DNA of 63,275 nt, filler included, from Licmophora abbreviata (GCA_900291995.1; 15 parts of 15 records of this genome joined end to end with filler, not necessarily neighbours in it), one strand, 5' to 3'; numbered from the whole stretch's first letter, positions 48,090-61,531 are shown. Numbers and translations are program-made. Notes: generated by a model from the sequence alone, not told the origin.

Positions 48090-48886
48090 ATGTCCAAACT
48101 AAGCTCGGAACTCCTTGATAAGGCCATTGACAACATTCTCAGCTTTGCCTCGGGAGAAGAAGTTACCATTTCCGGCGAGGCCAAACAAGGCAAGAAGCGT
48201 AACTTCACGGAGACCGTTGAGATTCAGATCACTCTGAAGAACTACGACCCCGTCCGTGACAAGCGTTTCAGTGGAACGTTCAAGCTCCCCTCGGTACCCC
48301 GTCCCAACCTCAAGTGTTGCATGCTTGGAAACGCTGCCCATTGTGAACAGGCAGACCGCATCGGCGTCGACCACATGAGTGTGGAGNNNNNNNNNNNNNN
48401 NNNNNNNNNNNNNNNNNNNNNNNNNNNNNNTTAATTAATTAANNNNNNNNNNNNNNNNNNNNNNNNNNNNNNNNNNNNNNNNNNNNTGTGGAGGACCTGA
48501 AGAAGCTTAACAAGAACAAGAAGCTGGTCAAGAAGCTTGCCAAGCGTTACGACTTCTTTCTTGCTTCCGACAACATGATCAAGCAGATCCCCCGTCTTCT
48601 CGGTCCCGGTCTTACGAAGGCCGGCAAATTCCCGACCCTTCTTTCCAGTGGCGAAGACATGCAGGAAAAGATTGACGAGGTGAAGTCTACGATCAAGTTC
48701 CAGATGAAGAAAGTCATGTGCCTTAATGTTGCGGTTGGAAACGTTGAGATGGAAAAGAAGGAGATCGTTGTCAACACTCAGTTGTCTGCTAACTTCTTGG
48801 CCAGTCTTTTGAAGAAGCAGTGGCAGAACATTGGACAGATCTACATCAAGTCGACGATGGGACCTGCCATCCAGATCTTTTTCTAA
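48090..48886 (+). CDS. RPL10A: 60S ribosomal protein L10a (uL1) (spans gap)
   Basis: [28 protein letters not shown]...[16 protein letters not shown]...KSTMGP. The flanks overlap by tgtggag across the gap. Confidence 0.97.
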
Positions 48887-49798
48887 GTCGCTCTATAAGT
48901 ATCTGGCTATCAACGGAGAGTCGTTTTAATGGTTGTGTGTTTCTTAGTATGGTATGATCATGTCATATTATATGCTAGCTGCTGCTCTACAACGAATCTC
49001 ACGATTCCTGTAGTCTGTGCAACTCCATTGTACCGAGGTAACCAAGGCTTATGATGCTGTACAAAAAGGACAAGAATGGCCGCCGTGCCAGTTACCTAAC
49101 CCTAACAGTGCGTGCGGCTCTTTTATGTCATAATTTGAAACGACGCCGTACAGGCAACGGTTCAACTACCTACCGGTAGACCACCGCAAACTTATGACTT
49201 TATTCTTTATTGGCCTCATCATGGACGGGCATCGTTCATTGTCCGTTCGCCTACCGTTCATATCATATAATTTATGCACGTGCTTCTAAGCAAACGCGAT
49301 CGTTAAATATTGTTGACGTCATATTGCCAGAGGACGCAAACATCACGTTTCGCGCTTATCATAGATATCAGCAATCATCAAACAGAGCTTCGCGCGGTCC
49401 ACATTGCGAACTGGCATCGTCGTCGTCATCGCGCGAGATTTCAGTTTGGTCGTCTCCGGGACACAAAATTCTCTGACCATTTTTTCTGGTCGGGTGTGGA
49501 GTCGCCCGCAAGAACGCATCCGTTGTCACCACGTATAAGTGTACCAGAGAGCTACTTGGGCTAGATTCTCGAACTCAGAACTTCCCATCCACGTTGTGGT
49601 TTGCGTTGAATTCTACATGAACCAGTAGTCACGAATGGGATCAAAACCATCGAACGCCTGTTCTCTCACTTCAAGGCGTAGAATCTACATGCGCCGCGGT
49701 ACATTTGTGAATGCCATCGCAACGATCGAGGCGCCACATAAATTTCATTCGTTGCAGATTCACGTTCGCAGCGACCATTGACGACGACCGACAGCACC

Positions 49799-50727
<929 letters not shown>

Positions 50728-51160
50728 ACGCCTCGCTCTTCTTGATGATGGAAGCGTCGCCTTTGGGAGTATTTTCAACGCATTGTGCACACAACTACAT
50801 GTATCGGTATTTGGGAAAACTACGGTCGAAGAATTGGGCCAGTAGGCTGCTGGGATCAGGTGCAACCTTCGTGTCGACGAAGTGAATCTACAATCTTGTA
50901 GCACCTTGCTCTATCTACTAAATCTAGCCATCTCTTCTTCGCCTCGACATCTGTTCTTGTTACCTTCTCGCTTACATCGCATGTTCCGCGTTAAGATATT
51001 GTAAATTGCGTCTTGGGCGCAGACTAGACATAACAACGCTCACACACGTCGAACGTGCCACTCTAACTGCGTTGGATGAACTGACGGAAACGCTATCTGC
51101 CAAGTTTTCGACACGAGCGAAGCACGAAAGCAAAACGCTGAAATTCATCTATTGACTGGA

Positions 51161-52976
51161 CTACGTGTGGACTCCATCTTCCACTGGCAGGTTCCCTTCT
51201 TCCGAGTCGTCTCGGTAGCCCGCCCCAACTCCGTTCGTCGACTCCTCAAAAACCAAATCTTCGTCATCGTCGTCAGCGGCTGAAGGAATCTGTGCACCAT
51301 CCAACATGACTGCACCATTGTCGCTTGTCATGGCCGGGAGTTCCATCACGAACGCGTAGTCTTTAGCACTCGGATTTGGCCTCCAGAGAATAGCAACGCC
51401 TGCCAGTACAAACAAATAGTTCAGCTCCATTGCTGCACTGACAGCCCATCGAGCTTCCTCCTCCACCATTGCCTCTTCCACAAATGAATCCACGGTACCA
51501 AAGACGCCCCAGACAACGGCAGCAAGAATCGATATGAGGAGGATGCAACGCAAGCGAAGATATCGTTGGAGTTTCCTCGTCTGGTTCATGTTTTCTAGAT
51601 ACGCCATTGTGGACCCAAGACTTTCCAAGATCCACAGGTAGAAGATTACGTCCAGCACGTAACCGACCAGCGCGAGAATGATCACAACGTCGAATAACTC
51701 TTCTTCTTCAGAGTTGGACAGTGTTTGATTTTCCGTTACAGCAAAAATAGTCATCACGTCTCGTGTCGCAATAACTCCCGCGTAAACAACACCGAGCGCA
51801 ACAATCTTCTTCATGGTTCCTCCTAACGAGTCCCGAACAACTCCCCAGCCCATAGAAACCATTACGATTAGACAGAGAGAAATGGATCTCTTCATGACTC
51901 CAAGCACCACACCTAAATGAAGGAGAGAATGTTCGAATCTACTTGTGAGTTTGACAGAGTGGTTTTAAACCGAGGGCCTGCCGCTCAAAGGTGTATCGTC
52001 CACTTACCCGAGTAGGTGGAGAACCAAAACCTGATACCATCAGCATTCCAAACAAAGTAATCGCCGGTCTTGAAGAAGACTTCCAAGAACCCAAGACCAA
52101 TCGTACTGACGATCCAGGGCTGAATGGCAATAATGGAATCTTCGTAGCACTTGATGCTAACGCCATACCAGATAAGTAGAATGAAATACATGACAGTCAA
52201 TGCCAAGAAGAAGTACATCTCGCCAAACAAATCTCCCGGAAGGTATCCATGTACCGACTTGAACGTGTACTGTCCATCGACTTGGACATCTCGACCGTCG
52301 TCCTTGCAATTCGCTATAACCAGAACGTACTTTCCACTCCGCGTGGGCTCTTCCAGCTTGCCATATTTGACTTGCGTTTCCATATACCCGGAAGGAGGGA
52401 CAGGGACAAAGCGATGCTGCCCCTTGAAGGTCGTGCTATTCACGATGAGCCGACCGTACTGTTTGCTCTCGCAGAGACCAAGAGCCATTGCTTCATTGTT
52501 GCAGCACCAACTGAGACCATCTGCGACATCCTCTGCACCGACACCGAGCTTTGTCCAGTCGCAGCCCGATCGAGTGTAAGCGCAGGATTTTGGCTGTAAA
52601 ATGGGGAGCAAAATGAATTCATTGCAACGGCGTAAGAGGTCGCTGAGACGAGCGAATCTGGAGTTTCCAGACCAGAGTAGCGCCTTACCTCATGAAAGAA
52701 GGCTATATCTATCGTTGAGCCATGGACACCAGTATCGTCCAGGTATCGTCGATCTCCACCACTCGTCTCGTCTCCGCCGTCTTTCAGGGTCGAAAACACG
52801 AGTCCCGAGAGATCGATGAAGCCTGGCGCAATCAAGTATCCTTCACTGAAATGAATCACATCCGACGTTGCTTCAATAACTCCATGGAACGACCGAATCT
52901 CTCCGTGCACTGCGGTGAGCAGCGAGAGAAGATAGGCGAGGAGCGCAAAGAACTGTGTAGCTTTCATCATTCTCAT
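51161..52976 (-). CDS. GOST / lung seven-transmembrane receptor family (TMEM87/GPR107-like)
   Basis: Signal peptide, luminal domain, then GYLPG..FGEMYFF, KRSISLCLIVMVSMGWGVVR and LWRPN...YA. Introns about 52594..52688 and 51913..52007. Confidence 0.88.
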
Positions 52977-53255
52977 GGTCAATCGTCATTTGCCATGCAA
53001 AACAGTGTCGCCTGTGCGAACCGATGACTCCCGTCCAAGTCCCAGGTTTTACTCACGTTTTAGCTCGTACGCTCGAGCATGCCTCAGGGCCATGGTACCG
53101 GTACCGGTACCCCTGTGACCATGCCTTAGCGTCTTCTTGACTCTTGACCAATGACTATGGATGTGTATCATACACGCTCTGTCATAGCTCCAAAACGCAC
53201 TTGATCCGGTACAGTGAACTTCACTCTATCAAATAACATAAAGCAACCTTAGAGA

Positions 53256-54273
53256 TTACGCCTCCTCATCATCGTAGTACTCTTCTACATCGTATTCGTC
53301 ATATTCATCGTACTGCTCCGCTTCCATAGCTTTCTCCCCTGCTTGTTCAAGCTCTTCCTCGTCATCGGCCTCTTTGCTGTCATCGGTGACCTCTGATGAC
53401 AACTTTGCTTCAACAGATGAGTCGTCCTTGGCTTCAGTTTCTGCTGACGGATCGCTCTTATCTGCTTCATCTTCCACATACTCTGCTGCCGTCAGACCCT
53501 TCTGAAGAATCTCTGGAGAGACACTAGCACCCATTCGCGACGGAAGGAATAACCCATACGCATCCAGTTTAGCCGACGTCCTCTTCACCATCGATCGTGA
53601 CTGAGGGAGCAGATCCTCGCTATAGAACTCACACCATCGCTTGATCGTGCCAGGGTCAGCCCCCTTCAAGCTCCCCCCTTTAAGTGCACGATTCAATGCA
53701 ACCGCAACTGCTGTCGTCAAGCCGATCAGATCAGATGCCACACGCTCGGCTGCAATGGCTGTATTTTCGCATTCCTCTCCATCTTTCAGGCTGCAAGCGA
53801 CACCGGCCTTCAATAGCATCGTGGCTGCCTCCAGGTGCTCAGTGCGAAGCGCTGTAGACGTAATCGGCTTGGCGGGTTTCTTTGAAGACGATTTTCCCGA
53901 TGACGGGTCATGCGAAATTTCGTCAAACATACCTCCAAAGCACTGGGCTCTCAGAAGCACGTAGTGCGCGTAGCGAGACATGAAAGCGCGATACTTTGCA
54001 CTCTCAGGCTGTCATGACGGTTGAGATTACAGTGAAGAGTGAGTACCAGAGGATGCGAACGGAACACATAGTCAAGAATGAAGCCTACATACCGATGCGT
54101 CCCCACCAAGGAGCTGCTTCGAGTTGAAATACTTGTCCTTGCGTTTTGGGTCACGAGTGCGCCGCAACTCGCGCAAACGGGCTTTGAGAGCAGGTGCATG
54201 CTCAGGAGCTCCATCGGCCGCAAATCGATGCAAAACATACAAAGCTTTGATTGTCGTACGCCAGTCCTTTTCG
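53256..54273 (-). CDS. ANTH/ENTH-like clathrin-adaptor domain protein, 5' truncated by gap
   Basis: DWRTTIKALYVLHRF...DG and FMSRYAHYVLLR resemble ANTH helices. Intron about 54009..54092. Acidic tail. Confidence 0.65.
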
Positions 54274-54420
54274 NNNNNNNNNNNNNNNNNNNNNNNNNNN
54301 NNNNNNNNNNNNNNNNNTTAATTAATTAANNNNNNNNNNNNNNNNNNNNNNNNNNNNNNNNNNNNNNNNNNNNGAACTCACTCCTCTGACGGATCTCAGG
54401 TACAGTCCTACTTTCAGGTC

Positions 54421-57400
54421 ATGGGGCGACTCCATTTGGGCCGGGATCATACAATACCGGTCGGGGACTTCGCGTGGTCTCCTGATCACTTGTCCTGCTG
54501 GGAGGGATACCTTGGATACCGGCCAAAGCTGGGTCGCGTGTACTTTGATGCGTTTCGTCTCAAACAACAGACACTACGAGTAGGAGACTTTGTTGAACTA
54601 CAGGAGGGAGATGATGAATTCAAGAATGAGTTTCGAATTGTTTCCGCGTTTCAGGCAATGAAAAGCTTTCTTGGCATTGTCGACGCCGAGAATAATTATG
54701 GGGAATACCAGAAGAGAGGTGAGTTTATGACAATCTCTTCCTTTGAAAGTGGTGTCACCTCTAGAATGTGGCTTACCATTCTTTGTCTGAGAAAGGACAT
54801 GCTTACATAGAGGTGGCGCCGCTGAGAAGCTCTGCAACAGAACGACGTGCTTTGGTAGAACGCTCCAAAGATATTCCAAGACATGTCGATGCACGCCCAC
54901 GATGGCTTTTCGACAAAATGTTGTCTTTGCGCAAGCTTGAGATAACAAGTGCAGACTGTCGCTGTAGCAGTCCACTGGAGGAGGCTGTCCTCGGCGGAAC
55001 AGCCAAAGAACTTGTGGAGAAGTATGTTGGATTCACATGGCCAACGCGCTGGGCTGTGAAGCAGTGTCTCATTGTGGGTGTCAGAAAACTGTATAGGGGT
55101 ACCTGCGATCGCATTCCCGTGTTTGAGGACAACATAAACTTTTCAAGCGATGACAGTGACTGCACGCACGATGAAGGGGACAGAGCTGCTCACGAGAGGA
55201 GTACGCACAGGCAAGTTTCCAGAAAACAGCATGACAGAGCAGTTGCAATGGGAGGTATGCAAGATAGCAAAAAGCCACTTCCAATTGTATTGGTCGTCGG
55301 CGAGATTTCGCTGGGGCAAAGCAGTGGTCGAGAAGTCTTAGAGAAGGAGGCCGAGTCTTTCCACGCTCAAGCAAAGTCTTCTGAGGTTAGGGACAAACTG
55401 GCCAAACTTTGCCCCATTAGCGCATTTCTGAATGTCACTTCCTCACCGAGCGCTGACGCGCATGATAGTACCGAGCTGCTAAGACTAGCGAGGCGGCACA
55501 GCTTGATTCCTCAACAAATGTCGTTCAGGGGCCTCCAGGGCGACGTTTGTCGGGCAGCCATCAGGGCCGAATCACTGGTTGTATACGTTGCGCCCTGTGG
55601 ACATGGGAAGACCTTGTGTTATCAAATTCCTTCTCTGCAGGAATCAGGGATAACAATCGTGGTGGAACCGTATAAGGAGCTGATACGGAATCAGATTGCA
55701 ATTATGTCTGACTTACCGGGACAAACTTTCAACGTGGAGCAGCTGTACTCAAAAGAGGCAGTGGAGATTGGTAACTACCGCACCCACGCGACAACTCGAC
55801 TGAAGTACCTCTTGAGTTTGCACAGACAGGGATCGCAAGACCCAAAACCGAGAGTTATATTTTCGACACCCGAACTTGTAGCGAATGCAATTTCATTGAT
55901 TCAAGACTTGAGCAAACTTGGAGCTCTGAAACGGATAGTCATTGATGAGTTTGATATGGTCAGCGCCTCTGGACGGGAAGCTTATCGAAGGTTGCTACCT
56001 TGTCTCAACGAGAAATGCATGAATGGAACAAAGCTTTTGTTCTTGTCGGGGACTGTAACAAGTGAGAAGCCGTTGCGAGCCTTACTTGGCGATAGGAAGC
56101 CGGAGGTCTTTGTGGAATCCAGCGTTGTGCGCGATTCGCTATGCTACTCTGTTGAGCGAAAGATCGATACAAAGCAGGTACTGGCTAGGCTGATTTACTG
56201 CCATCAGAAAAATAGTGTCGCTCGAGTCTCACTTTTTCCATTTCGTTTAGGTGGCGGAGCGGATTCGTGAGCAAATTGTGGACTATCAACAGCTAAACAA
56301 TATACCGGCAAAAACCGTGGTCTATTGTACAACAAGAAAGAATTGTGATAGAATAGCCGGTGAACTGAAGAAATTGGGCTTCGGAGTGGCGGTCACAACA
56401 AGCATCGACACTGCGGGTTCCGGCATGCGTGAAAAGATGACAAAGTTCAACTCCGGTGAAGTGCAGATTCTATGTACCACTTCAGGTAAGGCACCGCATT
56501 ACCGCGTTTCATGATCATTACAGGCATCTAACTTAAATTGAAATCCATCACAACACATCGGGCAGTCCTTGCACGTGGGGTACATATTCCGGACATCCGG
56601 TTTGTCTTTCATGCTTGGCTGCCTCTATCACTTGAAAGCTATATCCAGGAGACTGGACGAGCTGGCCGGGATGGAAAGGAGAGTTTTTGTACACTCTTTT
56701 ACAGACCGCACGATATCCAAACCGTCAAAGAAGTTCGAGCACCCCGTACTGTGAGCGGGAGTTCTGAAGAAAGTCTGGGCGAGTTGGACCTGACTCTCGA
56801 GAAAGACATCCGTGACATGATCCAGTACTGTACACAAGGCTACAACTGCCGCTCAAAGCTTCTGGCTCATCATGCAGTTCAACCTCTTGTACATCACCTT
56901 AAAGAAAGCTTCCCCGAATGCGGAAAGTGCGACAACTGCAATGCAAAGGAAAGGGAATCCAGCGATGAATCGATTACCAGCTTGGTAGATCAGTTTCTGT
57001 GTCAGATCGGCCAGAACCCTTCATCCTGCCTCAGTCTTGTTACACTTAGGCAAGTGATGACCGACCTACTTACAAAGCATGTTCTCTCTGAAAGAGCCTT
57101 CAAGTGGCTGGCCTTTAAAAAATCAGAGGGGAAGGGATTACTTGAAGACGTCGTACGACTGCTCTCCGGACTCATGGTGACGCACACAGACAATGTAGAG
57201 TCCTTCCGGTCGCTGCTCAGAGACGAGAAAGTAGACATCGTATTGCGATGCATGAAGCACCCAAACGTCGACTCAGACCCAGACCCAGACCCAATAGGAG
57301 ACACTGTCGAGCAAGCCTCGAATTCGTCTCAATGGGGGAATTCGGTGGAAGACATTGCTTTTCCTCAGAATTGGCATGATACACACCATCCCCCGGCTAA

Positions 57401-60377
57401 TCGCACGAGAGACAAGCCGCCACCCCTTATAACTGACATGCTCTTTCGCGACCCAGAAAAACGGCAATATCTCCCTGCTATTCAAAAGAAAATACCTTAT
57501 GCTTCTTTCCTCGTCCAATTTGAAGCTGTTCGGTAAGCTCACTTCCATTGACTTTTCACCGCGAATACCAAGGCTCTCACACTCTTGACCGCCATAAACC
57601 CAATAGGCTCCTGAGGGACCACGAACCAGATATTCAGGCACTCAACGAACCATGCTGGAGTCAAGACGGGCACCTGGATGATTGGTTGTCTCTACACAAG
57701 CTTTTCTACGGCGCTAGCCCTGACCGAAATGCCCAAACAGCAATTGAGTCGATTGCAACTGTCCAACTAAACTCTGCCACCGAATCAATAGATCCCTTCC
57801 TCTATTTCCGAGCGATTCTGAATCCAAATGGGACGATTGAGCTTCTTCCACCCGAGAAAGCTTCAGACCGAAGAGTCTTTCGGAAATTTGGCAGCGACAG
57901 ATTCCTTCACTTAGATGTTGACGCGTCAGACAAGGATTTTTGCCGAAAAAATGTAAGCGAGCTCATTGAAAAGCCGATCTGGATTGCTGGTCGAAAGTAT
58001 GAATTTCTTTGGTGTAAGCAGGCGAAGTCGCCTCAGTGCTATGTGTTGTTTGCCGAAAAGGGCAGGGGAATCAATCTCAACGACGAGATTGAGGTCAAAG
58101 ACGTATGGGACTGGGTCATTCCAGAGGAGATCAATCCTGGCCTCCAGATTGTGAAGGCATTCAAGAGGATGAAGCTTGCCTTTTCAAAGACAGAGCCAGC
58201 CGGACGACTCCCTGACAGATGCATCGAGATACACCGCGATATAATTGGAGAAGACGGCAGCGCTCGAACCGATGGCTGTGGATTACTTTCTCAGAGTGCG
58301 CTTGATTTCGTTTGGAAGAACAATTGCCCTGCCCGAGACTCTACGGACGCGGAAGGATCTGACGACTGCCCATGGTCGTCTTTCCAGGCGAGAATTGGAG
58401 GATTCAAGGGTGAGTTCGTCCTCGATCCAACGCTGGAGGGGTTCCAGATCATCTGTCGCGACAGCCAGAAGAAATTCAGTTTACGGATGAGAAGCTTGAA
58501 GAATCGTCCCGACGACTGGCATTCGTTCGATGACGCGAACGATACAGTAGATGTATGCAGCTGGGATGCGACACCTGAAACTGCATGCTTCAATGTTCGC
58601 GTCATTCAGCTACTTGATCACTTAGCCGAGACAAACCAGAAGCGCGCAGACCTATTGGAGCTACTGCTCAGCCAAGTCGATGTGGGAATTGAATCTAGGG
58701 CCCCAAAAGAAAATATCAAGACTCGTCAGGGCTTCATGCGTCGAAAACACGAAAAGCTCAGTGACTGGAGAACAGTCCTCTACCGAATGGTATGCGCTGG
58801 AGTAGGATCTGACGAGCCCGTGCACCAGAAGTTTCATAAAAAGTATCAAAGAGAAGAAGTCGAGACGATGAGAGACAAGGCAAGGATTATGTCGTTGCAC
58901 TCATCGAAATTCCGTCTGTGTTAGGACACCATATCTCATCTATGCTTTCGCGCTGCTTACTCGTCCTGAAGGCAAGATACCCCCTCCCAAGGAACATGGG
59001 ATTTAACCTGCGTCTCATTCCAGACCATACCGGGATTCTCTGCGAAGGGGAAGCATATGTCGCCATTCACGACTCATGCAAGCAAACTGTATCAAGGGCT
59101 ACACATCTGCTGGCGATGCGATCCCCCTCCTACTTCCCGGGCGACTTGCGGAAGCTCAAACTTCTTGACGACAACACGCTAGAGAGTCGCTGCGAAACTT
59201 ATACCGGAAAGCACCCAAACCCGCTTAAGTTTTTCCGAGGACTCAGAATCGGGCTGGTGCTGAGTACGAAGGGGACCTTCTGCGAAGCCGACGCAATGAG
59301 TGGTGGCGACGTTGACGGCGACAAGGCTTGGGTGTGCTGGTGGCCAAAGCTGGTGGACCTCATTCCTCGTGTCGACCCGGAGAACACGAAGACAGACGCT
59401 TTTCAAACCAGGACACCGCCTGAAGCCACACGTCCCTTCTATGACACATCTATAAAGGAACGGGTCAAGTACGCCCTGCATTTCGGGAAGCATGGCGCTC
59501 ACCTTGGAAAGTTGAGTAACACGCTTGATCGAGTCGCAGACAGAAATGGCTTCGACGACACCGCCACAAAGGCATACGGGACTCAAGCCTTTCTGCAAGT
59601 AAGTACGGGGATGATGCCAAGCGATCAGACCGGTAGCAACATGCGCTTATCGCCGCTCTCCTTTTTATCATAGGTTGATCATCCATACTTTCTGTGTGAA
59701 GTGCCTTCACAGGTGTGGGACAAAGTGAGCAATGAGCACGCTGAAGTTGGAATGCCACACTGGTACAAGTCGCAGCATACTCGAAATCCACGGAACAAAC
59801 AACACACATACCATTCAGAAAGGGCTATGGGAAAGATCTTCGACCATGTTGAGATGCGACTAGCTGCCTTGGAGACGGGCTTACCAACAGAAACAAAACC
59901 CGACGAGCATATTCTGAAGTTCGTCAGGACATGGTCAGATAGCCACCGCTATCTTGCCCACGACAAGCTCGAAGATCTGCGAACAAGTCTCGAAGCAGAA
60001 ATTCAAGAGTGGACGCCAAGAATTAGCTGGAAAGACGAAGACTTTACAAGGAAGCGCCGTCAGCTGATTGAGACATCTGGCTTTGGTAGCGAAGGAACCC
60101 TCGTAGCCGCTGTTCTATACGAAGTGTGCATGCGGGTACGCAAGGTACGTCGGCTTCTGTTGGCGTGCAACGGAATAATATCTGCGACCGTGTCTTACTT
60201 CAAAATGTGCGATCTTTTGCGTCCACCCAGCATGAAGAAATCGTGTGGCTGCTCTTTGTCAAGCAGCTGACACGCATCATCAGTGATGCATCCTGCGAAA
60301 TTGGTGACTGCGCTGCCACCTACGACGACGCCGGGGAAAAGGATTTGATCAATGGCGGTCGACGCTATCGCAGGTGA
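54421..60377 (+). CDS. RecQ helicase - RNA-dependent RNA polymerase (QDE-1-like) fusion protein with a possible N-terminal BAH-like segment; about 1,794 aa, 5' end possibly incomplete
   Basis: Exons 54421-54718, 54811-56177, 56251-56485, 56566-57532, 57607-58879, 58972-59598, 59674-60144 and 60231-60377 sum to 5385 nt with matching phases. RecQ motifs: FRGLQ, APCGHGKTLCYQIP, STPE, IVIDE, VYCTTRK, QETGRAGRDG, CR..LL...CGKCDNC. RdRP motifs: RKFGSDRFL, TDGCG, FQARIGGFKG, RSP..FPGDL, SGGDVDGD. Confidence 0.88.
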
Positions 60378-60559
60378 CACACTTGTTATTAGCTGCTCAC
60401 TTCAGGCAGCCGCTCATCGTTTGTGACAGAGAGATCGATTCCTGCATGAAACGTATCCCGCATTCGTGGTTGCTGAAACTGAGTAACTGGCACCGGTAGA
60501 CTTTTAACAGAGAGAATTTTCGTTGCCTGTACGCGGTGAACAATCCATGCTGTACCGAA

Positions 60560-61531
60560 TTATTTTGGAACGTCGCAGTCACCGGCCTCTCCTGGTGGTT
60601 TCGTTGCTCGTCGTAGTCGCTCCATGTCGTTGCCGGAAAGTTCAAATGAGAACAAGTCCATGTTGGACCGAATGTGTTTCTCATCATCGCTCTTTGGAAT
60701 GACTCCACCGACAAATGTGCCTTCCTCTAAAGCTTGTTGCACAATGAAACGAAGCGACACCTGAGCACCGCTCACACCATAGCTTTCGGCAATTGCAGTC
60801 ACTAGGTCTCCATGCACCAACGAGTCTTTCGGTTCGTATTGGCAAGGCCCGCACAACGGAGAGAAGCTCATGAAGGTGATCTCATGCTCACGGCACTTGG
60901 CAATGACATGGTCGACATCTCCTGAACCCACGTGGTACTCGACTTGATTGAGGGAGGGCATGACGGTTGCCACCCGGACGATGTCGTCGATGTGCTGTGC
61001 ACAATAATGAGATATTCCAATCGAGCGCGCCTCACCAGATTGATAGATTTCTTCCAATGCCAACCACTCTTCTTGTCTCTGGTTTGGAGAGGCATTGTGT
61101 TCCTCCCAGTCTGCCGGAAAGTGCGTCATGAGNNNNNNNNNNNNNNNNNNNNNNNNNNNNNNNNNNNNNNNNNNNNTTAATTAATTAANNNNNNNNNNNN
61201 NNNNNNNNNNNNNNNNNNNNNNNNNNNNNNNNGCCCTCCCGACGCCTTTTTGATTGCCATACCCAAAGGCGGTGTCCACCATGGTATAGCCTGCCTGGAA
61301 AGCTTTGCAGAGTGAATTGTAGGCAACTGTATCATTGTACTGCCAAGTTCCTGCTCCGACCAAGGGCATTCGTACCGGTTCCCCTTGCACATCCTTGCCA
61401 ATCTCAATGAATGGAATTTCATTTGTTAGTCCTGTCCTGGCTGTGCCGCGTTCCATGGAAGGAGTAACCTGACTGCTGCAAAGCAGCACCAGAACAAGGA
61501 CAAGCCGATGTGACGTGGAGAAGTTTGCCAT
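60560..61531 (-). CDS. Aldo-keto reductase with N-terminal leader (spans gap)
   Basis: Motifs MPLVGAGTWQ, VDTAFGYGNQ, GEARSIGISHY, NQVEYH, VIPKS and NMDLFSFELS. Confidence 0.92.

Noticed and set aside
54274..54420. Functional linkage of the RecQ-RdRP with the neighbouring ANTH or AKR genes
   Set aside because: Eukaryotic neighbours, one separated by a gap of unknown size; no evidence of a cluster.
57548..60377. RdRP as an endogenous RNA-virus element
   Set aside because: It has the DxDGD double-psi-barrel motif of cellular RNAi RdRPs, not a viral palm GDD motif, and contains spliceosomal introns.
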